NCBI GenBank assembly: GCA_965649765.1
Contig: OZ287754.1
Span: 38,316,001-38,380,000 of the forward strand
DNA: 64,000 nucleotides
From: Bispira polyomma
Taxonomy: Eukaryota
Direction: 5' to 3'
Position 1 is the stretch's first letter. Each line of letters begins with the position of its first letter. The translations under genes and the position numbers were made by a program. The notes below the pieces were generated by a model. The model had not been told where the DNA came from and made no database searches. It was given only the letters and a program-made list of their open reading frames with translations. Below, in pieces: positions 27,473 through 41,883 of the stretch.

Positions 27473-30400
27473 TGGCTCATGTGGGGATCGAACCCAAGAC
27501 CTTCGCGTTATTAGCACGACGCTCTAACCAACTGACCTAATGAGCCCTCAATAAGATGGATATAAAGATCCAATGATGAAAACTTAACTTTTATATGGTT
27601 TTTATTAACTGCTCAGGCTCAAAATGTGTAGTGTAAAACAAACATGGTTATGAATGATTACAACAGTTCTGCACTTTGCTTTGTCATAGTTCATGCTGTT
27701 TGAGGATGGTAAAAAGTATGCATGCCAACCGAATTAATAAAGCTATTGTACAACATAATCTAAACCGTTATTACCAGTTCACAGGAGTTGATATGTGATG
27801 AAGACATAACAAGATGTTTACAAAAGCATATTGGTTATTCCTTTATAATATTAGCCATGACATTAGTGCTATTAGATCTATTCACCAACAAAGGAATATT
27901 TGCAATAGGAAAATATTAATCAGGTATATGTGGTACAGATCAATTGTACGAGTCAATACTAAATAGATTCTAATTCATGCAGACATCATCAAAGGAGTTG
28001 TGAATTAGAGAAACCTGTAGGAGTGGATATCTTTATCCACATTGTTTCTAAATAAAAGCATCTCTGACAGATCCCTGTTGGTCTAGTGGTTAGGATCCGG
28101 TGCTCTCACCGCCGTGGCCGGGGTTTGATTCCACGACAGGGAGAAGTGCTTCTTCTTAGGTAAACTAGTCCAGTGATCATTATTGTTTTTTGACACACTG
28201 AGATCATTGAGCTGTGCAATAAATCAAGTTGCCTTTGTAACAAAAACAAAAGTGTTGATTTGGCCATTATTGTTGACACACACAAAACTGTGGCATGAAG
28301 TGTCAATTTAGTGAATGATCTCGACATAGAAACTGGAATAAGGAACCTAGATTATATGTCTGCAATGTGAACTTCAGCTGAAATGAATGGGTCAAGGCTG
28401 TTTCTGTGTATAAGTTTGCAGCATTTAAAATTGAAAATTAATTGATAATCATTGAAGTATTTCTGGAAGTAGTAAAATTGTGCTTTAAGTCATCTGTGAA
28501 AAGTTATACAACAAATGGCTGATTATTTCAAAATTATCTTTATAACAGTAATAATTGTTTTAGAGTACTTTTACCTAAAGATAGTGGCAGGGAGTTGAAT
28601 GTTGAAGTATCATTCCTGTAGTCCAGAATTTTGTAAAATTTGTTAATAACATCAGGTCATAAAAGGATCTTTGAATGTTTCAACAATGTGTGAAGCTAGA
28701 CAATAAGTTTCTATGTGTGTATTGCTAATAACAATTGAATAGACAGTGGAAAATTATATGTTTCAAATGGTAAGATATTTGGCTCATGTGGGGATCGAAC
28801 CCAAGACCTTCGCGTTATTAGCACAATGCTCTAACCAACTGAGCTAATGAGCCCTCAATGATATGGGTATAAAGATCCAATGATGAAAACTTAACTTTTA
28901 TATGGTTTTTATTAACTGCTCAGGCTCAAAATGTGTAGTGTAAAACAAACATGGTTATGAATGATTACAACAGTTCTGCACTTTGCTTTGTCATAGTTCA
29001 TGCTGTTTGAGGATGGTAAAAAGTATGCATGCCAACCGAATTAATAAAGCTATTGTACAACATAATCTAAACCCTTATTACCAGTTCACAGGAGTTGATA
29101 TGTGATGAAGACATAACAAGATGTTTACAAAAGCATATTGGTTATTCCTTTATAATATTAGCCATGACATTAGTGCTATTAGATCTATTCACCAACAAAG
29201 GAATATTTGCAATAGGAAAATATTAATCAGGTATATGTGGTACAGATCAATTGTACGAGTCAATACTAAATAGATTCTAATTCATGCAGACATCATCAAA
29301 GGAGTTGTGAATTAGAGAAACCTGTAGGAGTGGATATCTTTATCCACATTGTTTCTAAATAAAAGCATCTCTGACAGATCCCTGTTGGTCTAGTGGTTAG
29401 GATCCGGTGCTCTCACCGCCGTGGCCGGGGTTTGATTCCACGACAGGGAGAAGTGCTTCTTCTTAGGTAAACTAGTCCAGTGATCATTATTGTTTTTTGA
29501 CACACTGAGATCATTGAGCTGTGCAATAAATCAAGTTGCCTTTGTAACAAAAACAAAAGTGTTGATTTGGCCATTATTGTTGACACACACAAAACTGTGG
29601 CATGAAGTGTCAATTTAGTGAATGATCTCGACATAGAAACTGGAATAAGGAACCTAGATTATATGTCTGCAATGTGAACTTCAGCTGAAATGAATGGGTC
29701 AAGGCTGTTTCTGTGTATAAGTTTGCAGCATTTAAAATTGAAAATTAATTGATAATCATTGAAGTATTTCTGGAAGTAGTAAAGTTGTGCTTTAAGTCAT
29801 CTGTGAAAAGTTATACAACAAATGGCTGATTATTTCAAAATTATCTTTATAACAGTAATAATTGTTTTAGAGTACTTTTACCTAAAGATAGTGGCAGGGA
29901 GTTGAATATTGAAGTATCTTACCTGTAGTCCAGAATTTTGTGAAATTTGTTAATAACATCAGGTCATAAAAGGATCTTTGAATGTTTCAATGATGTGTGA
30001 AGCTAGACAATAAGTTTCTATGTGTGTATTGCTAATAACAATTGAATAGACAGTGGAAAATTATATGTTTCAAATGGTAAGATATTTGGCTCATGTGGGG
30101 ATCGAACCCAAGACCTTCGCGTTATTAGCACGACGCTCTAACAAACTGAGCTAATGAGCCCTCAATGAGATGGATATAAAGATCCAATGATGAAAACTTA
30201 ACTTTTATATGGTTTTTATTAACTGCTCAGGCTCAAAATGTGTAGTGTAAAACAAACATGGTTATGAATGATTACAACAGTTCTGCACTTTGCTTTGTCA
30301 TAGTTCATGCTGTTTGAGGATGGTAAAAAGTATGCATGCCAACCGAATTAATAAAGCTATTGTACAACATAATCTAAACCGTTATTACCAGTTCACAGGA

Positions 30401-33400
30401 GTTGATATGTGATGAAGACATAACAAGATGTTTACAAAAGCATATTGGTTATTCCTTTATAATATTAGCCATGACATTAGTGCTATTAGATCTATTCACC
30501 AACAAAGGAATATTTGCAATAGGAAAATATTAATCAGGTATATGTGGTACAGATCAATTGTACGAGTCAATACTAAATAGATTCTAATTCATGCAGACAT
30601 CATCAAAGGAGTTGTGAATTAGAGAAACCTGTAGGAGTGGATATCTTTATCCACATTGTTTCTAAATAAAAGCATCTCTGACAGATCCCTGTTGGTCTAG
30701 TGGTTAGGATCCGGTGCTCTCACCGCTGTGGCCGGGGTTTGATTCCACGACAGGGAGAAGTGCTTCTTCTTAGGTAAACTAGTCCAGTGATCATTATTGT
30801 TTTTTGACACACTGAGATCATTGAGCTGTGCAATAAATCAAGTTGCCTTTGTAACAAAAACAAAAGTGTTGATTTGGCCATTATTGTTGACACACACAAA
30901 ACTGTGGCATGAAGTGTCAATTTAGTGAATCATCTCGACATAGAAACTGGAATAAGGAACCTAGATTATATGTCTGCAATGTGAACTTCAGCTGAAATGA
31001 ATGGGTCAAGGCTGTTTCTGTGTATAAGTTTGCAGCATTTAAAATTGAAAATTAATTGATAATCATTGAAGTATTTCTGGAAGTAGTAAAGTTGTGCTTT
31101 AAGTCATCTGTGAAAAGTTATACAACAAATGGCTGATTATTTTAAAATTATCTTTATAACAGTAATAATTGTTTTAGAGTACTTTTACCTAAAGATAGTG
31201 GCAGGGAGTTGAATATTGAAGTATCTTACCTGTAGTCCAGAATTTTGTGAAATTTGTTAATAACATCAGGTCATCAAAGGATCTTTGAATGTTTCAATGA
31301 TGTGTGAAGCTAGACAATAAGTTTCTATGTGTGTATTGCTAATAACAATTGAATAGACAGTGGAAAATTATATGTTTCAAATGGTAAGATATTTGGCTCA
31401 TGTGGGGATCGAACCCAAGACCTTCGCGTTATTAGCACGACGCTCTAACCAACTGAGCTAATGATCCCTCAATGAGATGGGTATAAAGATCCAATGATGA
31501 AAACTTAACTTTTATATGGTTTTTTATTAACTGCTCAGGCTCAAAATGTGTAGTGTAAAACAAACATGGTTATGAATGATTACAACAGTTCTGCACTTTG
31601 CTTTGTCATAGTTCATGCTGTTTGAGGATGCTAAAAAGTATGCATGCCAACCGAATTAATAAAGCTATTGTACAACATAATCTAAACCGTTATTACCAGT
31701 TCACAGGAGTTGATATGTGATGAAGACATAACAAGATGTTTACAAAAGCATATTGGTTATTCCTTTATAATATTAGCCATGACATTAGTGCTATTAGATC
31801 TATTCACCAACAAAGGAATATTTGCAACAGGAAAATATTAATCAGGTATATGTGGAACAGATCAATTGTACGAGTCAATACTAAATAGATTCTAATTCAT
31901 GCAGACATCATCAAAGGAGTTGTGAATTAGAGAAACCTGTAGGAGTGGATATCTTTATCCACATTGTTTCTAAATAAAAGCATCTCTGACAGATCCCTGT
32001 TGGTCTAGTGGTTAGGATCTGGCGCTCTCACCGCTGTGGCCGGGGTTCGATTCCCTGACAGGGAGAAGTGCTTCTTTTAGGGTAAACTAGTCCAGTGATC
32101 ATTATTGTTTTTTGACACACTGAGATCATTGAGCTGTGCAATAAATCAAGTAGCCTTTGCAACAAAAACAAAAGTGTTGATTTGGCCATTATTGTTGACA
32201 CACACAAAACTGTGGCATGAAGTGTCAATTTAGTGAATGATCTCGACATAGAAACTGGAATAAGGAACCTAGATTATATGTCTGCAATGTGAACTTCAGC
32301 TGAAATGAATGGGTCAAGGCTGTTTCTGTGTATCAGTTTGCAGCATTTAAAATTGAAAATTAATTGATAATCATTGAAGTATTTCTGGAAGTAGTAAAGT
32401 TGTGCTTTAAGTCATCTGTGAAAAGTTATACAACAAATGGCTGATTATTTCAAAATTATCTTTATAACAGTAATAATTGTTTTAGAGTACTTTTACCTAA
32501 AGATAGTGGCAGGGAGTTGAATATTGAAGTATCTTACCTGTAGTCCAGAATTTTGTGAAATTTGTTAATAACATCAGGTCATAAAAGGATCTTTGAATGT
32601 TTCAATGATGTGTGAAGCTAGACAATAAGTTTCTATGTGTGTATTGCTAATAACAATTGAATAGACAGTGGAAAATTATATGTTTCAAATGGTAAGATAT
32701 TTGGCTCATGTGGGGATCGAACCCAAGACCTTCGCGTTATTAGCACGACGCTCTAACCAACTGAGCTAATGAGCCCTCAATGAGATGGATATAAAGATCC
32801 AATGATGAAAACTTAACTTTTATATGGTTTTTATTAACTGCTCAGGCTCAAAATGTGTAGTGTAAAACAAACATGGTTATGAATGATTACAACAGTTCTG
32901 CACTTTGCTTTGTCATAGTTCATGCTGTTTGAGGATGGTAAAAAGTATGCATGCCAACCGAATTAATAAAGCTATTGTACAACATAATCTAAACCGTTAT
33001 TACCAGTTCACAGGAGTTGATATGTGATGAAGACATAACAAGATGTTTACAAAAGCATATTGGTTATTCCTTTATAATATTAGCCATGACATTAGTGCTA
33101 TTAGATCTATTCACCAACAAAGGAATATTTGCAATAGGAAAATATTAATCAGGTATATGTGGTACAGATCAATTGTACGAGTCAATACTAAATAGATTCT
33201 AATTCATGCAGACATCATCAAAGGAGTTGTGAATTAGAGAAACCTGTAGGAGTGGATATCTTTATCCACATTGTTTCTAAATAAAAGCATCTCTGACAGA
33301 TCCCTGTTGGTCTAGTGGTTAGGATCCGGTGCTCTCACCGCTGTGGCCGGGGTTTGATTCCACGACAGGGAGAAGTGCTTCTTCTTAGGTAAACTAGTCC

Positions 33401-36400
33401 AGTGATCATTATTGTTTTTTGACACACTGAGATCATTGAGCTGTGCAATAAATCAAGTTGCCTTTGTAACAAAAACAAAAGTGTTGATTTGGCCATTATT
33501 GTTGACACACACAAAACTGTGGCATGAAGTGTCAATTTAGTGAATCATCTCGACATAGAAACTGGAATAAGGAACCTAGATTATATGTCTGCAATGTGAA
33601 CTTCAGCTGAAATGAATGGGTCAAGGCTGTTTCTGTGTATAAGTTTGCAGCATTTAAAATTGAAAATTAATTGATAATCATTGAAGTATTTCTGGAAGTA
33701 GTAAAGTTGTGCTTTAAGTCATCTGTGAAAAGTTATACAACAAATGGCTGATTATTTTAAAATTATCTTTATAACAGTAATAATTGTTTTAGAGTACTTT
33801 TACCTAAAGATAGTGGCAGGGAGTTGAATATTGAAGTATCTTTCCTGTAGTCCAGAATTTTGTGAAATTTGTTAATAACATCAGGTCATCAAAGGATCTT
33901 TGAATGTTTCAATGATGTGTGAAGCTAGACAATAAGTTTCTATGTGTGTATTGCTAATAACAATTGAATAGACAGTGGAAAATTATATGTTTCAAATGGT
34001 AAGATATTTGGCTCATGTGGGGATCGAACCCAAGACCTTCGCGTTATTAGCACGACGCTCTAACCAACTGAGCTAATGATCCCTCAATGAGATGGGTATA
34101 AAGATCCAATGATGAAAACTTAACTTTTATATGGTTTTTTATTAACTGCTCAGGCTCAAAATGTGTAGTGTAAAACAAACATGGTTATGAATGATTACAA
34201 CAGTTCTGCACTTTGCTTTGTCATAGTTCATGCTGTTTGAGGATGCTAAAAAGTATGCATGCCAACCGAATTAATAAAGCTATTGTACAACATAATCTAA
34301 ACCGTTATTACCAGTTCACAGGAGTTGATATGTGATGAAGACATAACAAGATGTTTACAAAAGCATATTGGTTATTCCTTTATAATATTAGCCATGACAT
34401 TAGTGCTATTAGATCTATTCACCAACAAAGGAATATTTGCAACAGGAAAATATTAATCAGGTATATGTGGAACAGATCAATTGTACGAGTCAATACTAAA
34501 TAGATTCTAATTCATGCAGACATCATCAAAGGAGTTGTGAATTAGAGAAACCTGTAGGAGTGGATATCTTTATCCACATTGTTTCTAAATAAAAGCATCT
34601 CTGACAGATCCCTGTTGGTCTAGTGGTTAGGATCTGGCGCTCTCACTGCTGTGGCCGCGGTTCGATTCCCTGACAGGGAGAAGTGCTTCTTTTAGGGTAA
34701 ACTAGTCCAGTGATCATTATTGTTTTTTGACACACTGAGATCATTGAGCTGTGCAATAAATCAAGTAGCCTTTGCAACAAAAACAAAAGTGTTGATTTGG
34801 CCATTATTGTTGACACACACAAAACTGTGGCATGAAGTGTCAATTTAGTGAATGATCTCGACATAGAAACTGGAATAAGGAACCTGGATTATATGTCTGC
34901 AATGTGAACTTCAGCTGAAATGAATGGGTCAAGGCTGTTTCTGTGTATCAGTTTGCAGCATTTAAAATTGAAAATTAATTGATAATCATTGAAGTATTTC
35001 TGGAAGTAGTAAAGTTGTGCTTTAAGTCATCTGTGAAAAGTTATACAACAAATGGCTGATTATTTCAAAATTATCTTTATAACAGTAATAATTGTTTTAG
35101 AGTACTTTTACCTAAAGATAGTGGCAGGGAGTTGAATATTGAAGTATCTTACCTGTAGTCCAGAATTTTGTGAAATTTGTTAATAACATCAGGTCATCAA
35201 AGGATCTTTGAATGTTTCAATGATGTGTGAAGCTAGACAATAAGTTTCTATGTGTGTATTGCTAATAACAATTGAATAGACAGTGGAAAATTATATGTTT
35301 CAAATGGTAAGATATTTGGCTCATGTGGGGATCGAACCCAAGACCTTCGCGTTATTAGCACGACGCTCTAACCAACTGAGCTAATGATCTCTCAATGAGA
35401 TGGGTATAAAGATCCAATGATGAAAACTTAACTTTTATATGGTTTTTTATTAACTGCTCAGGCTCAAAATGTGTAGTGTAAAACAAACATGGTTATGAAT
35501 GATTACAACAGTTCTGCACTTTGCTTTGTCATAGTTCATGCTGTTTGAGGATGCTAAAAAGTATGCATGCCAACCGAATTAATAAAGCTATTGTACAACA
35601 TAATCTAAACCGTTATTACCAGTTCACAGGAGTTGATATGTGATGAAGACATAACAAGATGTTTACAAAAGCATATTGGTTATTCCTTTATAATATTAGC
35701 CATGACATTAGTGCTATTAGATCTATTCACCAACAAAGGAATATTTGCAACAGGAAAATATTAATCAGGTATATGTGGAACAGATCAATTGTACGAGTCA
35801 ATACTAAATAGATTCTAATTCATGCAGACATCATCAAAGGAGTTGTGAATTAGAGAAACCTGTAGGAGTGGATATCTTTATCCACATTGTTTCTAAATAA
35901 AAGCATCTCTGACAGATCCCTGTTGGTCTAGTGGTTAGGATCCGGCGCTCTCACTGCTGTGGCCGGGGTTCGATTCCCTGACAGGGAGAAGTGCTTCTTT
36001 TAGGGTAAACTAGTCCAGTGATCATTATTGTTTTTTGACACACTGAGATCATTGAGCTGTGCAATAAATCAAGTAGCCTTTGCAACAAAAACAAAAGTGT
36101 TGATTTGGCCATTATTGTTGACACACACAAAACTGTGGCATGAAGTGTCAATTTAGTGAATGATCTCGACATAGAAACTGGAATAAGGAACCTAGATTAT
36201 ATGTCTGCAATGTGAACTTCAGCTGAAATGAATGGGTCAAGGCTGTTTCTGTGTATCAGTTTGCAGCATTTAAAATTGAAAATTAATTGATAATCATTGA
36301 AGTATTTCTGGAAGTAGTAAAGTTGTGCTTTAAGTCATCTGTGAAAAGTTATACAACAAATGGCTGATTATTTCAAAATTATCTTTATAACAGTAATAAT

Positions 36401-36698
36401 TGTTTTAGAGTACTTTTACCTAAAGATAGTGGCAGGGAGTTGAATATTGAAGTATCTTACCTGTAGTCCAGAATTTTGTGAAATTTGTTAATAACATCAG
36501 GTCATAAAAGGATCTTTGAATGTTTCAATGATGTGTGAAGCTAGACAATAAGTTTCTATGTGTGTATTGCTAATAACAATTGAATAGACAGTGGAAAATT
36601 ATATGTTTCAAATGGTAAGATATTTGGCTCATGTGGGGATCGAACCCAAGACCTTCGCGTTATTAGCACGACGCTCTAACTAACTGAGCTAATGAGCC
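27473..36698 (-). pseudogene. Variant tRNA-Ile(AAT) copies with point changes (74 nt each; low coordinates 27473, 28780, 30087, 31394, 34009, 35317, 36625)
   Basis: Substitutions in the D stem, the D-loop GG, the anticodon stem or the acceptor stem relative to the consensus allele; functionality uncertain. Confidence 0.6.
32702..32775 (-). tRNA. tRNA-Ile(AAT)
   Basis: Consensus allele. Confidence 0.88.
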
Positions 36699-37932
36699 CT
36701 CAATGAGATGGGTATAAAGATCCAATGATGAAAACTTAACTTTTATATGGTTTTTTATTAACTGCTCAGGCTCAAAATGTGTAGTGTAAAACAAACATGG
36801 TTATGAATGATTACAACAGTTCTGCACTTTGCTTTGTCATAGTTCATGCTGTTTGAGGATGCTAAAAAGTATGCATGCCAACCGAATTAATAAAGCTATT
36901 GTACAACATAATCTAAACCGTTATTACCAGTTCACAGGAGTTGATATGTGATCAAGACATAACAAGATGTTTACAAAAGCATATTGGTTATTCCTTTATA
37001 ATATTAGCCATGACATTAGTGCTATTAGATCTATTCACCAATAAAGGAATATTTGCAACAGGAAAATATTAATCAGGTATATGTGGAACAGATCAATTGT
37101 ACGAGTCAATACTAAATAGATTCTAATTCATGCAGACATCATCAAAGGAGTTGTGAATTAGAGAAACCTGTAGGAGTGGATATCTTTATCCACATTGTTT
37201 CTAAATAAAAGCATCTCTGACAGATCCCTGTTGGTCTAGTGGTTAGGATCCGGCGCTCTCACTGCTGTGGCCGGGGTTCGATTCCCTGACAGGGAGAAGT
37301 GCTTCTTTTAGGGTAAACTAGTCCAGTGATCATTATTGTTTTTTGACACACTGAGATCATTGAGCTGTGCAATAAATCAAGTAGCCTTTGCAACAAAAAC
37401 AAAAGTGTTGATTTGGCCATTATTGTTGACACACACAAAACTGTGGCATGAAGTGTCAATTTAGTGAATGATCTCGACATAGAAACTGGAATAAGGAACC
37501 TAGATTATATGTCTGCAATGTGAACTTCAGCTGAAATGAATGGGTCAAGGCTGTTTCTGTGTATCAGTTTGCAGCATTTAAAATTGAAAATTAATTGATA
37601 ATCATTGAAGTATTTCTGGAAGTAGTAAAGTTGTGCTTTAAGTCATCTGTGAAAAGTTATACAACAAATGGCTGATTATTTCAAAATTATCTTTATAACA
37701 GTAATAATTGTTTTAGAGTACTTTTACCTAAAGATAGTGGCAGGGAGTTGAATATTGAAGTATCTTACCTGTAGTCCAGAATTTTGTGAAATTTGTTAAT
37801 AACATCAGGTCATAAAAGGATCTTTGAATGTTTCAATGATGTGTGAAGCTAGACAATAAGTTTCTATGTGTGTATTGCTAATAACAATTGAATAGACAGT
37901 GGAAAATTATATGTTTCAAATGGTAAGATATT

Positions 37933-38006
37933 TGGCTCATGTGGGGATCGAACCCAAGACCTTCGCGTTATTAGCACGACGCTCTAACCAACTGAGCTAA
38001 TGAGCC
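37933..38006 (-). tRNA. tRNA-Ile(AAT)
   Basis: Consensus allele. Confidence 0.88.
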
Positions 38007-40515
38007 CTCAATAAGATGGATATAAAGATCCAATGATGAAAACTTAACTTTTATATGGTTTTTATTAACTGCTCAGGCTCAAAATGTGTAGTGTAAAACA
38101 AACATGGTTATGAATGATTACAACAGTTCTGCACTTTGCTTTGTCATAGTTCATGCTGTTTGAGGATGGTAAAAAGTATGCATGCCAACCGAATTAATAA
38201 AGCTATTGTACAACATAATCTAAACCGTTATTACCAGTTCACAGGAGTTGATATGTGATGAAGACATAACAAGATGTTTACAAAAGCATATTGGTTATTC
38301 CTTTATAATATTAGCCATGACATTAGTGCTATTAGATCTATTCACCAACAAAGGAATATTTGCAATAGGAAAATATTAATCAGGTATATGTGGTACAGAT
38401 CAATTGTACGAGTCAATACTAAATAGATTCTAATTCATGCAGACATCATCAAAGGAGTTGTGAATTAGAGAAACCTGTAGGAGTGGATATCTTTATCCAC
38501 ATTGTTTCTAAATAAAAGCATCTCTGACAGATCCCTGTTGGTCTAGTGGTTAGGATCCGGTGCTCTCACCGCCGTGGCCGGGGTTTGATTCCACGACAGG
38601 GAGAAGTGCTTCTTCTTAGGTAAACTAGTCCAGTGATCATTATTGTTTTTTGACACACTGAGATCATTGAGCTGTGCAATAAATCAAGTTGCCTTTGTAA
38701 CAAAAACAAAAGTGTTGATTTGGCCATTATTGTTGACACACACAAAACTGTGGCATGAAGTGTCAATTTAGTGAATGATCTCGACATAGAAACTGGAATA
38801 AGGAACCTAGATTATATGTCTGCAATGTGAACTTCAGCTGAAATGAATGGGTCAAGGCTGTTTCTGTGTATAAGTTTGCAGCATTTAAAATTGAAAATTA
38901 ATTGATAATCATTGAAGTATTTCTGGAAGTAGTAAAGTTGTGCTTTAAGTCATCTGTGAAAAGTTATACAACAAATGGCTGATTATTTCAAAATTGTCTT
39001 TATAACAGTAATAATTGTTTTAGAGTACTTTTACCTAAAGATAGTGGCAGGGAGTTGAATGTTGAAGTATCATTCCTGTAGTCCAGAATTTTGTAAAATT
39101 TGTTAATAACATCAGGTCATAAAAGGATCTTTGAATGTTTCAACAATGTGTGAAGCTAGACAATAAGTTTCTATGTGTGTATTGCTAATAACAATTGAAT
39201 AGACAGTGGAAAAATTATATGTTTCAAACCCAAGACCTTCGCGTTATTAGCACAATGCTCTAACCAACTGAGCTAATGAGCCCTCAATGATATGGGTATA
39301 AAGATCCAATGATGAAAACTTAACTTTTATATGGTTTTTATTAACTGCTCAGGCTCAAAATGTGTAGTGTAAAACAAACATGGTTATGAATGATTACAAC
39401 AGTTCTGCACTTTGCTTTGTCATAGTTCATGCTGTTTGAGGATGGTAAAAAGTATGCATGCCAACCGAATTAATAAAGCTATTGTACAACATAATCTAAA
39501 CCCTTATTACCAGTTCACAGGAGTTGATATGTGATGAAGACATAACAAGATGTTTACAAAAGCATATTGGTTATTCCTTTATAATATTAGCCATGACATT
39601 AGTGCTATTAGATCTATTCACCAATAAAGGAATATTTGCAATAGGAAAATATTAATCAGGTATATGTGGTACAGATCAATTGTACGAGTCAATACTAAAT
39701 AGATTCTAATTCATGCAGACATCATCAAAGGAGTTGTGAATTAGAGAAACCTGTAGGAGTGGATATCTTTATCCACATTGTTTCTAAATAAAAGCATCTC
39801 TGACAGATCTCTGTTGGTCTAGTGGTTAGGATCTGGCGCTCTCACCGCTGTGGCCGGAGTTTGATTCCCTGACAGGGAGAAGTGCTTCTTTTTAGGTAAA
39901 CTAGTCCAGTGATCATTATTGTTTTTTGACACACTGAGATCATTGAGCTGTGCAATAAATCAAGTAGCCTTTGCAACAAAAACAAAAGTGTTGATTTGGC
40001 CATTATTGTTGACACACACAAAACTGTGGCATGAAGTGTCAATTTAGTGAATGATCTCGACATAGAAACCGGAATAAGGAACCTAGATTATATGTCTGCA
40101 ATGTGAACTTCAGCTGAAATGAATGGGTCAAGGCTGTTTCTGTGTATCAGTTTGCAGCATTTAAAATTGAAAATTAATTGATAATCATTGAAGTATTTCT
40201 GGAAGTAGTAAAGTTGTGCTTTAAGTCATCTGTGAAAAGTTATACAACAAATGGCTGATTATTTTAAAATTATCTTTATAACAGTAATAATTGTTTTAGA
40301 GTACTTTTACCTAAAGATAGTGGCAGGGAGTTGAATATTGAAGTATCTTTCCTGTAGTCTAGAATTTTGTGAAATTTGTTAATAACATCAGGTCATAAAA
40401 GGATCTTTGAATGTTTCAATGATGTGTGAAGCTAGACAATAAGTTTCTATGTGTGTATTGCTAATAACAATTGAATAGACAGTGGAAAATTATATGTTTC
40501 AAATGGTAAGATATT

Positions 40516-40589
40516 TGGCTCATGTGGGGATCGAACCCAAGACCTTCGCGTTATTAGCACGACGCTCTAACCAACTGAGCTAATGAGCC
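40516..40589 (-). tRNA. tRNA-Ile(AAT)
   Basis: Consensus allele. Confidence 0.88.
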
Positions 40590-41809
40590 CTCAATGAGAT
40601 GGATATAAAGATCCAATGATGAAAACTTAACTTTTATATGGTTTTTATTAACTGCTCAGGCTCAAAATGTGTAGTGTAAAACAAACATGGTTATGAATGA
40701 TTACAACAGTTCTGCACTTTGCTTTGTCATAGTTCATGCTGTTTGAGGATGGTAAAAAGTATGCATGCCAACCAAATTAATAAAGCTATTGTACAACATA
40801 ATCTAAACCGTTATTACCAGTTCACAGGAGTTGATATGTGATCAAGACATAACAAGATGTTTACAAAAGCATATTGGTTATTCCTTTATAATATTAGCCA
40901 TGACATTAGTGCTATTAGATCTATTCACCAATAAAGGAATATTTGCAATAGGAAAATATTAATCAGGTATATGTGGTACAGATCAATTGTACGAGTCAAT
41001 ACTAAATAGATTCTAATTCATGCAGACATCATCAAAGGAGTTGTGAATTAGAGAAACCTGTAGGAGTGGATATCTTTATCCACATTGTTTCTAAATAAAA
41101 GCATCTCTGACAGATCCCTGTTGGTCTAGTGGTTAGGATCTGGCGCTCTCACCGGTGTGGCCGGAGTTCGATTCCCTGACAGGGAGAAGTGCTTCTTTTT
41201 AGGTAAACTAGTCCAGTGATCATTATTGTTTTTTGACACACTGAGATCATTGAGCTGTGCAATAAATCAAGTAGCCTTTGCAACAAAAACAAAAGTGTTG
41301 ATTTGGCCATTATTGTTGACACACACAAAACTGTGGCATGAAGTGTCAATTTAGTGAATGATCTCGACATAGAAACTGGAATAAGGAACCTAGATTATAT
41401 GTCTGCAATGTGAACTTCAGCTGAAATGAATGGGTCAAGGCTGTTTCTGTGTATCAGTTTGCAGCATTTAAAATTGAAAATTAATTGATAATCATTGAAG
41501 TATTTCTGGAAGTAGTAAAGTTGTGCTTTAAGTCATCTGTGAAAAGTTATACAACAAATGGCTGATTATTTTAAAATTATCTTTATAACAGTAATAATTG
41601 TTTTAGAGTACTTTTACCTAAAGATAGTGGCAGGGAGTTGAATATTGAAGTATCTTTCCTGTAGTCTAGAATTTTGTGAAATTTGTTAATAACATCAGGT
41701 CATAAAAGGATCTTTGAATGTTTCAATGATGTGTGAAGCTAGACAATAAGTTTCTATGTGTGTATTGCTAATAACAATTGAAATTATATGTTTCAAATGG
41801 TAAGATATT

Positions 41810-41883
41810 TGGCTCATGTGGGGATCGAACCCAAGACCTTCGCGTTATTAGCACGACGCTCTAACCAACTGAGCTAATGAGCC
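41810..41883 (-). tRNA. tRNA-Ile(AAT)
   Basis: Consensus allele; 13-bp deletion in the 3' trailer. Confidence 0.85.
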
